A stretch of 64,000 nt of DNA from Candidatus Stahliibacteriota bacterium (GCA_004375895.1 SOJW01000035.1:42264-106263); one strand, 5' to 3'. Positions 31,652 through 41,191 are shown, counted from the stretch's first letter. The notes: generated from the letters alone by a model not told the origin. Made by a program: numbers and translations.

Positions 31652-33031
31652 TTATGACAAATCAAACAGATATAGCTTTTCTTCGGTCATCTCACGGATA
31701 GCGTATGCCGGACCCTCGCGGCCTAACCCGGAGCCCTTCATCCCGCCGTAGGGCATAAGGTCAACCCGGAAGGTAGGAATCTCGTTGACCAGCACCCCGC
31801 CGGCGTCTATACCGTCGCAGGCGCGAAACGCCCTCTTTAGGTCGCGGGTGAAGACAGCACCCTGCAGCCCGTAGCAGGTGGCGTTGACCCGCTCGATTGC
31901 ATCCTCGAGGTCCTTGACTGGGTTGACGACAACCACCGGAGCAAAGGCTTCCATCTTGATGAGCTTGGCGTCCTCAGGGACTTTGGCGAGTATCCAAGGA
32001 CCGAGAACCGACCCCTCGCGCTTGCCTTCCAGTACGACTTCAGAGCCTCGAGATTTGGCCTCATCTATCCATGAAAGGATTCGATCGACCTCTTTTTTTT
32101 CGATCATGGGACCTAGTTCTGTCGACTCATCCAAAGGATCACCGGTCTTCAAAGTAGATACCTCGGACACCAGAAGGTCGAGGAATGGCTGGTAGACTTC
32201 CTCTTCCACGTAGACTCTTTGGGTTGAGATGCATACCTGGCCGGCAAGGGAGTAGCCACCGATGCGTATACGCTTGGCTGCGCGCTCGAGGTCACCATCT
32301 TCAAGGATCACCACCGCGGAGTTTGAGCCTAGCTCTAATGCGATCTTCTTGAGACCAACGTGACGGGTGATCTCCTCTCCTACCGCCTTGGAGCCGGTAA
32401 AGGTCACCATGCGGGGAACAGGTGAAGTGACTAATGCGTTGCCCACGGTTGAGCCTGGGCCGATCACCACCTGCAAAGCTTCTTTTGGGACTCCAGCTTC
32501 ATGGAGAGCTTCGACTAGCTTGATGCCGGAGAGCGGGGTAACCGATGCAGGCTTTAGCAGCGCGCTGCACCCGGCGGCCAATGCTGGACCCAGCTTGTGG
32601 GCGACGAGGTTTAAGGGAAAGTTGAAGGGCGTGATCGCTGCCACCACCCCGCACGGGACCCTGCGGTAGAAACCCTGCTTATTGGGATGATTGGCTGAAG
32701 AGAATGGAACCTCCTCGCCTGCCAGTTTCATCGCTTCGATTGCAGAGAGCCGGAGGGTATTAACGCATCTTGCCGCCTCCCCGGAGGCCTCACGCCACGT
32801 CTTGCCTACCTCGAGAACTAAGGTGCGGGCAAACTCCTCGGATCGCTCTTTTACGATGTCTGCAGCTTTGTTGAGTATCTCGGCCCGGCGCTGTTGAGTG
32901 ATGTCCCGCATCTTTACCAGGCCGCTTTGTGTTAAGGAGAGTTTTGCAGCGACAGAAGATTCACTATCCTGCTCCAGCTCGGCGATTACGGAATTGTTAT
33001 ATGGGTTAAATACCTTTAACTTCTCAGGCAT
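31652..33031 (-). CDS. NAD(P)-dependent aldehyde dehydrogenase
   Basis: ELGSNSAVVILEDGD and catalytic AGQVCISTQRVYV. Confidence 0.9.
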   Translation of the reverse strand: MPEKLKVFNPYNNSVIAELEQDSESSVAAKLSLTQSGLVKMRDITQQRRAEILNKAADIVKERSEEFARTLVLEVGKTWREASGEAARCVNTLRLSAIEAMKLAGEEVPFSSANHPNKQGFYRRVPCGVVAAITPFNFPLNLVAHKLGPALAAGCSALLKPASVTPLSGIKLVEALHEAGVPKEALQVVIGPGSTVGNALVTSPVPRMVTFTGSKAVGEEITRHVGLKKIALELGSNSAVVILEDGDLERAAKRIRIGGYSLAGQVCISTQRVYVEEEVYQPFLDLLVSEVSTLKTGDPLDESTELGPMIEKKEVDRILSWIDEAKSRGSEVVLEGKREGSVLGPWILAKVPEDAKLIKMEAFAPVVVVNPVKDLEDAIERVNATCYGLQGAVFTRDLKRAFRACDGIDAGGVLVNEIPTFRVDLMPYGGMKGSGLGREGPAYAIREMTEEKLYLFDLS

Positions 33032-33156
33032 GATTCTCCTCCTAAATCATTTCTGAAGAGTATATAGTCGCTCTCATAGGTGTCAAGAAGAAATCACCCC
33101 CACCCTACCCTCCCCCGTTAAGGGGAAGGATACACCTTTTTCCCCTCCTCGGGTTT

Positions 33157-33205
33157 GGAGTGCAACAACCGCGTTGTTGCAGCAACGAGACGCTCGTTGC
33201 ACTCC
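33157..33205 (+). repeat. Structured repeat family copy 3
   Basis: GGAGTG-[CAACAAC cgc GTTGTTG]-cag-[CAACGAG acg CTCGTTG]-CACTCC. Confidence 0.7.
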
Positions 33206-33305
33206 ATATTCTCATCTCAAAGCATAAAATAATATAGACCAGTCTGAGACTGGTCTATAATCTCTTTTCTCCGATCTTTTGCCGTTTGCGGCAAAGGGAG
33301 GATAT

Positions 33306-33390
33306 AGGGGGCCCCCAAGGTTTTACGAGGTAAAATCTTGGGGTGTAAATTCGGGGTCCCCGCGAGGGTATGAAGTAACCTCGTGGGGTG
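33306..33390 (+). repeat. Two tandem conserved-stem hairpins (GGGGGCCCCCAAGG..CTTGGGGTG and GGGGTCCCCGCGAGG..CCTCGTGGGGTG) abutting the gcvH stop
   Basis: Both have 11-nt loops. Matches the family at 21841, 22447 and 43749. Confidence 0.65.
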
Positions 33391-33810
33391 TTATTTCGCG
33401 TGCTTGGCGATCTCCGTCTTGAGCCAGGTGGCAGCCGCTTCGCCGTGCATCAGAGCGTCAACCTCAGCGGGATCGGCTGGTTTCATGGTAAATATCCAGC
33501 CCGCCCCGTAGGGGTCGGAGTTCACAAGGCTGGGATCGTCCTCCAGCTCGGAGTTCGTCTCAACAATCTCTCCGGCCACAGGTGCGTAGATCTTGCCCAT
33601 CCACTTGCCGGTCTCGTATGAGCCAATCACTTCATCTGCCTGGGCCTCAGAGGAGGTCTCAGGCAGTTCGATGAAGGAGAGCTCACCGGAAAGCTTCTGG
33701 CTGAAGTCGTTGAGGCCAACACGGATAACGTCGCCTTCCTTACGAACCCACATGTGTTCCTTGTGATAGTATAGTTCGTCGGGAAGATTGTATCCTTCTA
33801 TCTCCGCCAT
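33391..33810 (-). CDS. gcvH: Glycine-cleavage H-like lipoyl-carrier protein, stand-alone (LbpA-like candidate)
   Basis: HMWVRKEGDVIRVGL...ETGKWMGKIYAPVAGEIVETN, with the lipoyl-Lys in ETGKW. No gcvT or gcvP nearby. Confidence 0.85.
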   Translation of the reverse strand: MAEIEGYNLPDELYYHKEHMWVRKEGDVIRVGLNDFSQKLSGELSFIELPETSSEAQADEVIGSYETGKWMGKIYAPVAGEIVETNSELEDDPSLVNSDPYGAGWIFTMKPADPAEVDALMHGEAAATWLKTEIAKHAK

Positions 33811-33834
33811 CTTGCCTCCTTAAAGATTGCGATC

Positions 33835-34128
33835 TTACGATATGATGTGCTTTGCTTCTTCGATGAGTGATGTTAACCCATCGTAGTTGACTGTTTTTCC
33901 CTCCGGCGCGGTAAGGCCGCGAGCCGCCAGATCCTCAGCAAGAAACCGGACGGTAACGCCGGCCGATTCCATCTCGGAGAGTTTCCGAGAGAGTTCTTTC
34001 GGCCCCTGCACTGCAAGCACCGCATCCTGGGCAAAGCAGATGGTGTCGCCTCGCTTGGCCAGACGGGCAGCCAGCTGCCACGCCGTGCGCTCAAAGGTAG
34101 AGCGGGTTACGAGATAAAGATTCTCCAT
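33835..34128 (-). CDS. DsrH/TusB-like sulfur-relay protein
   Basis: 97 aa. Position and size match the third gene of a dsrEFH/tusDCB triad. Confidence 0.6.
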   Translation of the reverse strand: MENLYLVTRSTFERTAWQLAARLAKRGDTICFAQDAVLAVQGPKELSRKLSEMESAGVTVRFLAEDLAARGLTAPEGKTVNYDGLTSLIEEAKHIIS

Positions 34129-34136
34129 GCCTCCGC

Positions 34137-34496
34137 CTAATTAAAGGTTATCACGTGGTCGACCGAGGAGATCAACCTACGCAGTTTTTCATCATCTAAG
34201 ACCTCGGCCTCGATACAAGCATCAGGAGAAATACCGTGATCGGCCAGGGACGGGTGGTGAAGGTAAAGCTTTGCCCCGAGCCCTGGTAATTGCGCGTATA
34301 AGTCTACGAGATTATTCATATCGAGTACTTCCGGACTTTGGTTTTTGAGGGCAACCATCACTCCGTCGTCTACAAGGACAACGTGCGTTTGGATTCCCAT
34401 ACTCACGAGACCAATCAATGCGCGGAAACCCTCGCCAGCTGTGGCCATCCCGTAAGGAGCCGAACGGATGAGGACGGCTACCTTCTTTGCTTCCAT
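34137..34496 (-). CDS. DsrF/TusC-like sulfur-relay protein
   Basis: VAVLIRSAPYGMATAGEGFRALIGL, DsrE/DsrF-like fold. Start at the internal Met. Confidence 0.65.
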   Translation of the reverse strand: MEAKKVAVLIRSAPYGMATAGEGFRALIGLVSMGIQTHVVLVDDGVMVALKNQSPEVLDMNNLVDLYAQLPGLGAKLYLHHPSLADHGISPDACIEAEVLDDEKLRRLISSVDHVITFN

Positions 34497-34498
34497 GA

Positions 34499-34849
34499 CT
34501 AGAATCCAAAGGAGAGAAAACGGTCGCACTCCTTGACGTAGTTGGAGAACACGACCATACCCGCAAGTTTTGTGCCTTCAATGATGTCGGTCCTCTTCAA
34601 ACCTCGGAACTTTGCACACGTGCCGCACGCCTTTATCTTTGCACCTTTCTGAGCAAGTTCAGCCATCATCTCGGCAAGGTTACGTTCCTGGGGAGACTGT
34701 ATTTCTTTGTCAAGATTGAAGACCCCGTCTTCGTAGAGAAACATCCTTACCTCGTGCCCCCTGGCCAAAAATCGACTGGCCAGTTGGTAGCAGGTGTCTA
34801 CGTTCTGAGACGTGTAAGGGCCTGTTCGCAGAAGAAAACCGACAGTCAT
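34499..34849 (-). CDS. DsrE/TusD-like sulfur-relay protein
   Basis: FLLRTGPYTSQNVDTCYQLASRFLARGHEVRMFLYEDGV...CGTC. Confidence 0.7.
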   Translation of the reverse strand: MTVGFLLRTGPYTSQNVDTCYQLASRFLARGHEVRMFLYEDGVFNLDKEIQSPQERNLAEMMAELAQKGAKIKACGTCAKFRGLKRTDIIEGTKLAGMVVFSNYVKECDRFLSFGF

Positions 34850-34873
34850 CTATCCATCAGGGTTGAAAGTCCT

Positions 34874-35104
34874 TTAGACCTTTCGACGGATGTAGAATTT
34901 TAATGTATCACCCTCTTCCTCCATACCCAGAAACTCGTTCCCTGTCTGATCGCACCATGCGGGGAAGTCCTCGCGCGCCCCTTCATCGTCGGACAGAACC
35001 TCAAGAACCTCGCTCATATCAACCTCTTTTATCTTCTGGGCGGTCTTGAGCACAGGTATGGGGCAAAGCATCCCTCGCGCGTCAAATGTGTGGTCTTTAT
35101 CCAT
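34874..35104 (-). CDS. tusA: TusA-family sulfurtransferase
   Basis: DARGMLCPIPVLK, the CPxP motif. Confidence 0.8.
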   Translation of the reverse strand: MDKDHTFDARGMLCPIPVLKTAQKIKEVDMSEVLEVLSDDEGAREDFPAWCDQTGNEFLGMEEEGDTLKFYIRRKV

Positions 35105-35130
35105 TTCTGTTCTCCCTCCTACAAACAGAT

Positions 35131-35526
35131 CTAGGTTGCCTCTTTGGGGGGATCGAACTCATCCAAAGCCTGCATCAGGTATCCTATGTATTCAAAAACC
35201 GGCCCGCCGCCCATGGCAAGTGCGATGTTGGCCGCATCCAGGATCTCGGCGCGCGTACACCCCACCTGGACGCAGATCTGGGTATGCAGGTTGATGCAGG
35301 GGCGGCAGTGCTGGACCAGAACTATCGCCAGTTGCATCAGCTCCTTGTACTTCGTGGGTACCGTGCTTTCTTCCTTGGTCTTGCGCCAGAACTGCATGAA
35401 TGCGGCAGCTGCATCACTCGCCTCTCTTCTGTATCTTGCCTGAGCCTTGTTGATCTGGCTCTGTTCTGATTCTTTGGAAAGGTGTGTGTTACGGGTGTGG
35501 GTGTTACTGGGGGTCACGACGGCCAC
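35131..35526 (-). CDS. Carboxymuconolactone-decarboxylase/AhpD-like protein; N-terminus encoded by the GTTACGG repeat
   Basis: CMD-like core ...LVQHCRPCINLH. N-terminal VTPSNTHTRNTH is encoded by the repeat at 35481-35515, so the true start is uncertain. Confidence 0.55.
   Translation of the reverse strand: MAVVTPSNTHTRNTHLSKESEQSQINKAQARYRREASDAAAAFMQFWRKTKEESTVPTKYKELMQLAIVLVQHCRPCINLHTQICVQVGCTRAEILDAANIALAMGGGPVFEYIGYLMQALDEFDPPKEAT
35481..35515 (-). repeat. GTTACGG-type repeat within the 5' end of the AhpD-like ORF
   Basis: ggtgtgtgttacgggtgtgggtgttactggg on the plus strand. Read on the coding strand it gives T-R-N-T codons, as in tatD and the glycosyltransferase. Confidence 0.7.
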
Positions 35527-35750
35527 TCCTCGGCCTTGGCCCGGAGAAGATCACGCAGATTGTCAAGCGAGGAAAGGAGTTCTTCGTCTAAGATATCTGC
35601 ATCTATCTTATCGGGATCGAAGAGCTTGCCGTCAATCTGAAAGGTCATAAGCTCAGGAATCATCTCGGCACCCCTCACCCCTTCCCGTACCAGGAAGAGA
35701 GCGTGCCCTAATGGGATGTCGTCTTCGAACTCAGCCGGCAGGTTTTTCAC
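35514..35750 (-). CDS. Small acidic hypothetical protein
   Basis: 78-aa ORF inside the operon between hdrB and the AhpD-like gene. Confidence 0.35.
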   Translation of the reverse strand: MKNLPAEFEDDIPLGHALFLVREGVRGAEMIPELMTFQIDGKLFDPDKIDADILDEELLSSLDNLRDLLRAKAEEWPS

Positions 35751-36636
35751 TTACAGCTCCGATCCGCTCAAGGATCTTGGTGGGTTTAACACGGTTGATC
35801 TTGAAGCCCAGCTCGTCAGGGGTGTAGCCAAGAGCCAGTCCCAGAAGCTGGGTATAGTAAATGCAGGGCATCGCGAACTTCTGCTCAAGCTCCTTCTCAA
35901 TCTTTTTCTGGTTCTGCTCGTACATCACGTTGCAGAACGGACAGATAAGTATCATCGCCTCGGAGCCTGAATCCTTGATGCTAGCCAGTTTCTTGCCCGC
36001 CATGGCGTAAGCCACGTCCACCCGAATACCGAGTATGGCACCGCCGCAGCAGAGTTCCCGCTCCGAGTATGGATTGCTACGAGCGCCGGTGGCGTTGATT
36101 AAATCGTCGTAGACGTGGGGATTTTCGGGATCATCGAAATTCTCGAACGCCTCGGATGGTTTGAAGAAGTGGCATCCGGGGTGGGCGGCTACTGGTAAGG
36201 ACTGAAGATCGACCTTGACCTCTTGTTTGATGCGCTCGATCCCGATGTCCTCATATAGTACCCGGGCGAAGTGGCGGACGTTTACTGTACCCTTGTATTC
36301 CAGGTCTTCCTTTTTGAGGATCTCATTGACCTGGGCCAGCTTCTTGACATCGTGCTTCAGCTGGTGATTGGCTTCCACCTGTGTGCCTGTGCACGCGGTG
36401 CATAAAGTGACCATGTCCAGCCCCTGCTTCTCGGCCAGGGCCAGATTGCGGGCGGCCATGACTAAGGAAGAGCGCTGATCCACGGATTTGATAGGGAAGC
36501 CGCAGCAGGTAAAGGAGGGGATGTCAACGAGCTCGATACCGAAGTGCTTGGCGATAAGTCGGGCGGAGAGCTCGTAGTTCTGCGCGCGAACAGGAACGGT
36601 GCAGCCCAGATAGAGGGCGAACTTCTTTTTACTCAT
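35731..36636 (-). CDS. hdrB: Heterodisulfide reductase subunit B-like (two CCG domains)
   Basis: KKFALYLGCTVP...CCGFPIKSV, plus a second Cys-rich CCG-type domain (CPFCNVMY). Confidence 0.85.
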   Translation of the reverse strand: MSKKKFALYLGCTVPVRAQNYELSARLIAKHFGIELVDIPSFTCCGFPIKSVDQRSSLVMAARNLALAEKQGLDMVTLCTACTGTQVEANHQLKHDVKKLAQVNEILKKEDLEYKGTVNVRHFARVLYEDIGIERIKQEVKVDLQSLPVAAHPGCHFFKPSEAFENFDDPENPHVYDDLINATGARSNPYSERELCCGGAILGIRVDVAYAMAGKKLASIKDSGSEAMILICPFCNVMYEQNQKKIEKELEQKFAMPCIYYTQLLGLALGYTPDELGFKINRVKPTKILERIGAVSEKPAG

Positions 36637-37255
36637 CTTTGCTTCCCTCAGGTTTAGTTGTAGCTCCTGCGTCGGCATCGGTGGATGCACTGCCAGCCTC
36701 TTTTGCTTCGCTGGAGTATAGGTACAGACCGGTGGCCTTGAAGATGGTCTTTATGGGATCGGGTGATTCGGTAAGTTCGGGCAGTTCTATCTTGGCCCGC
36801 TTCTTGTTGACGAACGCATCCGCTTCATACAGTCTGCCGTGTCCTTGAATTAAATCTATCTGTGCGGTGAACGCGGGATGGATGTAGCCGTTCTTCACGG
36901 CAAGGTTCTTCAAAGCGTTCATCATCTCGGTGATACGCACGTCCTGTGGACAGCGCTCGTGGCAGGCATAGCAGGTCGAGCAGAGCCAGACGAACTCGGA
37001 TGCCAGGACCTGTTCCTTCATACCCAGCAACGCCATGTGGATAATGCGTCGGGGGTTGAAGGTCTCCTCGATTGAGCGGACCGGACAGGATGCGGTGCAG
37101 GTTCCGCACGCATAGCACCGGGTGATGAACTCCCCCGAAGGCTCGGCCTGAATCTCGTATTTGAAGTTGGGGTCTAATTCATCAAATTTGATCACTTTCG
37201 GTTCCTTGGCCTTGGTGACCTCATCAACCGCTTCCGCGTCTTGGTTTTCGTTCAT
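36629..37255 (-). CDS. hdrC: Heterodisulfide reductase subunit C-like (2x[4Fe-4S] ferredoxin)
   Basis: CYACGTCTASCPV and CSTCYACHERCPQ. Confidence 0.8.
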   Translation of the reverse strand: MNENQDAEAVDEVTKAKEPKVIKFDELDPNFKYEIQAEPSGEFITRCYACGTCTASCPVRSIEETFNPRRIIHMALLGMKEQVLASEFVWLCSTCYACHERCPQDVRITEMMNALKNLAVKNGYIHPAFTAQIDLIQGHGRLYEADAFVNKKRAKIELPELTESPDPIKTIFKATGLYLYSSEAKEAGSASTDADAGATTKPEGSKDE

Positions 37256-37289
37256 GACCTTATCTTCTTCCAAAATTTCTCCACAATCT

Positions 37290-38162
37290 CTAATACTCGT
37301 GGGGCAGGCCTTCGAGTTGGTCGAGGGAAAATACCGGCCCATCTTTACAGACATAATAAGGACCAATGTTGCAGCGGCCGCACTTGCCTATCCCGCACTT
37401 CATCCGGCGCTCAAGAGATGTGTAGATCTGATCGGGTTTGAACCCCAGCTTGGTTACCACCGGCAGGGTGTAGCGGATCATTGCAGGCGGCCCGCACATG
37501 AGAAGAAACGCGTTATCGGGGGATGGAGCGATTTGTTGAGTGACTGTCGGAACGAATCCGACCAGACCGCCCCACCCCTGGGACTCGGTGTCCACGGTCA
37601 GGTGGATGGGCAGATCGTCGCGCTTGGACCACTCGGCAAGCTCGTCTTTATAGAGCAGCATCCCCGGGGTGCGCGCACCGTAGATAACGGTAACGTCGGC
37701 GTAGTCTGCGCGATGCCCGTCAAGAAGCCAGCGGATGACCGACCGCAGGGTGGTGAACGCGAACCCGCCGGAGACGATCACCAGGTTATGCCCCTTGTAC
37801 TTCTCAAGGGGATACCAGTTGCCCAACGGCCCGCGCATGCCGATCGGAGTGCCGACTTCAAGCTGGTGCATGGTGTTTGTGACCAAACCAGCGCGATTTA
37901 CGGTGAAGCGCACGTAGTCTTGCTCGGTGGGTGCCGACGCGATACCGAAAGGCGCTTCACCCTTGCCTAAGATAGAAACCTCGCAGAACTGACCGGGCAG
38001 AAACTGGAAAGATTCCTTGTCTTCGGGGTCTACGAACTCCAGGTCAAACGTCTTAAGCATCCCGTCCTCGGACTCCACACGTATATCTTTGATTCGCATG
38101 GGCACAGGCAGGTAAGGATTCGAGCGCTTGAAGAAAAGCTTCACCGCAGGAGATTGTTCCAT
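37290..38162 (-). CDS. FAD/NAD(P)H-binding oxidoreductase with a C-terminal [2Fe-2S] cluster (PyrK/AsrB/HydG-like)
   Basis: FLPGQFCEVSILG..PFGIAS (FAD), GGFAFTTL (NAD), CGIGKCGRCNIG. Confidence 0.8.
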   Translation of the reverse strand: MEQSPAVKLFFKRSNPYLPVPMRIKDIRVESEDGMLKTFDLEFVDPEDKESFQFLPGQFCEVSILGKGEAPFGIASAPTEQDYVRFTVNRAGLVTNTMHQLEVGTPIGMRGPLGNWYPLEKYKGHNLVIVSGGFAFTTLRSVIRWLLDGHRADYADVTVIYGARTPGMLLYKDELAEWSKRDDLPIHLTVDTESQGWGGLVGFVPTVTQQIAPSPDNAFLLMCGPPAMIRYTLPVVTKLGFKPDQIYTSLERRMKCGIGKCGRCNIGPYYVCKDGPVFSLDQLEGLPHEY

Positions 38163-38373
38163 TAGGGCTGATTATAGGAAAATGAGCATAGATGTCAATG
38201 AGGAAGAGTCCTTAAGTCAGGTTTGAGTCCTACTCGTCAGGTTTGAATGCAATTCGGCGCATTTTTTGCGCGAAATTTGACGGTTTTGGGGGAATGGAAG
38301 GCCGGATAATGTTTCGGAAACACATATTGACAATAGAATATACTTCCTTACACTATTCTTAGAAGGAGGTTTT

Positions 38374-39021
38374 ATGCAAAAGAAAATACACCTCATCACC
38401 CTCTCACTTATCCTTATCGGAGGGATATGGATGACCCGCTGCGTATCCCCTTACTACGGCACGGCAAGGATAGAGCCGGGATGGCAGCTTGATACCGGTC
38501 TAGGACTGCATACCACCCTGATTCCGGTGCTTGACGGTGGTGACCCCGTTTATGGTGTCGGCATACGCTGCGACGGTGAAATAGGTTACGGTTTGGATAA
38601 GTACGTAAAACCCTACGCGAGAGCTGCGCTGGGCCTTAACACAGCCTACATAGGATACGCGGACATTGGTTTAGGCCTTCAAGTGGCTCTGCCGGTATGG
38701 ATATTCACCCCTGCGGTAAAACTTGAGATCAACTCCACTTGGATACAGCCCACCTTTTCCCCGGTCGTTCTATTAGGAATTGGCAAAAGTGAGTGGGTTA
38801 CCCTTGGGGCTAAAACCTATTTTTTCCCCTTCGCTGATTCGAACTACCCCAGATTTCTGGACGTATTTACCACCGTCCACATCTCTCCCCGCTGGTCAAT
38901 ATTCGCTGGTGCCGAGATTAACTCCTTCATTGATACCTTCGAAGACGGCAACGGCTACCCCTTCTTCACGGTGGGGGCTGGTTACAAGTTCCCGCCCTTC
39001 CGAGGCAAAACAAGGATTTGA
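38374..39021 (+). CDS. Hypothetical small outer-membrane protein
   Basis: Signal peptide and beta-strand pattern. Confidence 0.45.
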   Translation: MQKKIHLITLSLILIGGIWMTRCVSPYYGTARIEPGWQLDTGLGLHTTLIPVLDGGDPVYGVGIRCDGEIGYGLDKYVKPYARAALGLNTAYIGYADIGLGLQVALPVWIFTPAVKLEINSTWIQPTFSPVVLLGIGKSEWVTLGAKTYFFPFADSNYPRFLDVFTTVHISPRWSIFAGAEINSFIDTFEDGNGYPFFTVGAGYKFPPFRGKTRI

Positions 39022-39159
39022 GGATTTGAGCAAGGTAGTGGCGACTCAGGGCCTGCCCCTTGAGATGTTGTACATCTCATAGGGTATGAGTCGCCACTAC
39101 AGATTCCGCGTAATCTGCGGTTTTCATTGCTCCTTTTGGGCGTAGCTCAAAAGGAGCAT

Positions 39160-39738
39160 CTACCAAACGTACCGCAAGCCTATGCCTACTCCGGGCGAGG
39201 CGAAGAAGTAGGGTTCATTGTAGTAATCCCTGCCATAGTAAGACCGCGAAGGCCGTGAATAGAAGCCAGCCTGAAGCTCTGGGGTAACGGAAAGCCACCT
39301 GTCCTTGCCCATCTTGAAGAGGAGCCAGTCAGCTCCCACAATAAAGGCGGTGGAAAGACCCCATTTTGTCTCCAGTGACCACCAGTCCCAGTAATCTTCA
39401 TACTCATAGTCATCCCAGTCTTCAAACCACCCTTTAACATACCATGCGCCCACCCCCGCACCCAGATAAATCCTGAATCGGTTATCCGGGTTCACGATCT
39501 TAAGGATGCGCAGCGCACCGGCCATGTGGTAGGTGGAAGAGCCGGTCTGAGGGTTATCAAACCTTCCGCGGGCCACGATCTCAAAACCAAAGCCCTTCTC
39601 TGAAAGAAGCCGATAGGCAAGGCCTTGTCCAAGGAAGTCGGCCTGCATGCCGATACCCTGTTCAGCAAGGAGGGGCGTGCCAAAGCCGCCAAGCAGCAAA
39701 GAAACCACCATCCCCTTGAGTGCAAGGGTTCTGAACAT
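39160..39738 (-). CDS. Small outer-membrane beta-barrel protein (OmpA-like 8-strand barrel type)
   Basis: Signal peptide, ends ...GLRYVW. Confidence 0.55.
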   Translation of the reverse strand: MFRTLALKGMVVSLLLGGFGTPLLAEQGIGMQADFLGQGLAYRLLSEKGFGFEIVARGRFDNPQTGSSTYHMAGALRILKIVNPDNRFRIYLGAGVGAWYVKGWFEDWDDYEYEDYWDWWSLETKWGLSTAFIVGADWLLFKMGKDRWLSVTPELQAGFYSRPSRSYYGRDYYNEPYFFASPGVGIGLRYVW

Positions 39739-39746
39739 CTCCCCAC

Positions 39747-40307
39747 CTACCAGTTATAGCTTATCCCGAAACCAATATCAGGGAACCAGAAGCGAGTTTC
39801 TGCTTCCTCGAAGGTCCCGTAGGCACTGGAACTCATATCGCGTCTGTAAAGGAATCCGGATTCGAGCTCGATCCGGAACCTGTCAAGACCTTGATCCTTG
39901 TCTTTGACAAGGATCTGCATAAGGATCTGCAAAGGAGCTATACCGGCTCCCACGTAGATACGTCCACCCAATCCAATATAGCTGCTGGATCCGTAGATCT
40001 CGCCCGTGCTGCCGAAACCCAGCCCGACGTAGGGTGAAAACCACTCGTCCTGTGAGAACATCACCCCGCCCCTGAGGCCGGCGCTGTAGAATATATCCTG
40101 ACCGCCTTCATCGTAGGTAAACACCCCGATACCGTGAGGGGCCACGAACAAAGCAGCCTGCTCCTTTAGCGGGACAAACAGGCGGAACTCAAGCCCGCCC
40201 GAGACCGGATCAACCCTGCCGCCGAATCCGAAACGATAGGATGCCGCGGCAACCGCAGGGATAAGCAATGTGCACACAACGAGTGCAATGGTTATTCTTT
40301 TCAACAT
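39747..40307 (-). CDS. Small outer-membrane beta-barrel protein (paralog-like)
   Basis: Signal peptide MLKRITIALVVCTLLIPAVAAA, ends ...GISYNW. Confidence 0.55.
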   Translation of the reverse strand: MLKRITIALVVCTLLIPAVAAASYRFGFGGRVDPVSGGLEFRLFVPLKEQAALFVAPHGIGVFTYDEGGQDIFYSAGLRGGVMFSQDEWFSPYVGLGFGSTGEIYGSSSYIGLGGRIYVGAGIAPLQILMQILVKDKDQGLDRFRIELESGFLYRRDMSSSAYGTFEEAETRFWFPDIGFGISYNW

Positions 40308-40441
40308 GCACGCCTCCTTTTCAATAAGGTAACTATAAGGCTGAACCTGGAAGTTGTCAATACCCCCATCCCGCGCAACCACCAGAGGGGAATCAAAGCA
40401 AGGAGTCTACAAGAAAATACGTCGTGTTTCTTTGGGGTAAA

Positions 40442-41146
40442 TTAAAACCTGAACGCAGTGGAAAGCCCGAACTCCGGATAGAACACTACCCCGTTGGAGG
40501 TCGAACCGAAAAGGATGTTCCAATCCAACCCGGTTCCAAAAAGCCAGCTGAAGCCTTCGGTGTGCACCGCCGCAACTGCGAATCCGAAGTTTAATCTCAT
40601 CCCCATACGGTGCTCCTTCACGTAGTCAATAGCCATCCTGTAGTCGTTGACCAGTATCTTGATGTCCTCAAGCGTGAGGGTATTTATGTACTCCTCGACC
40701 TTAGCCTGGGTTGCCGCCGGGATGAACCAGTTGTTTGTAAACTGGAATCCAAGCGGGAAAAGCACCCTGTCGTTGGCCGCTGAAAAGGATTTCTGCAACC
40801 CCCACGCCCACTGCACGTGCACGTAGGGAATATCCTGAGTGGCGTCGATATCCAAAGGATAGTAAGGGATGTTCTCGATGTGTCCTTTTGCGGTGTAGTT
40901 CTTGTAGTGGACGTTTAGATCTACTGCAAATCCAATGGAGCGCTCGTCCTCAAGCGAAAGTCCGATGTGGAAGAATCCCGGCGGTGGGATGCCTGGCCTT
41001 GAGACCTCCACATGACACCCGGAGTTGGGGTTGGTATAGTCCGCGGAATCAGCACCGATATTGTAAAGCCCTGCGCTGTATCCCAGATCCAGCCCGAACT
41101 GCCAGGGGGCGGAAATAAGAACTAACGATACAATCAAAGCATTCAT
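40442..41146 (-). CDS. Outer-membrane beta-barrel protein
   Basis: Signal peptide, ends ...STAFRF. Confidence 0.5.
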   Translation of the reverse strand: MNALIVSLVLISAPWQFGLDLGYSAGLYNIGADSADYTNPNSGCHVEVSRPGIPPPGFFHIGLSLEDERSIGFAVDLNVHYKNYTAKGHIENIPYYPLDIDATQDIPYVHVQWAWGLQKSFSAANDRVLFPLGFQFTNNWFIPAATQAKVEEYINTLTLEDIKILVNDYRMAIDYVKEHRMGMRLNFGFAVAAVHTEGFSWLFGTGLDWNILFGSTSNGVVFYPEFGLSTAFRF

Positions 41147-41191
41147 AATCGCTCCCTCCGTGTTTGGGAGAGATTATACGGTGAATTATTT

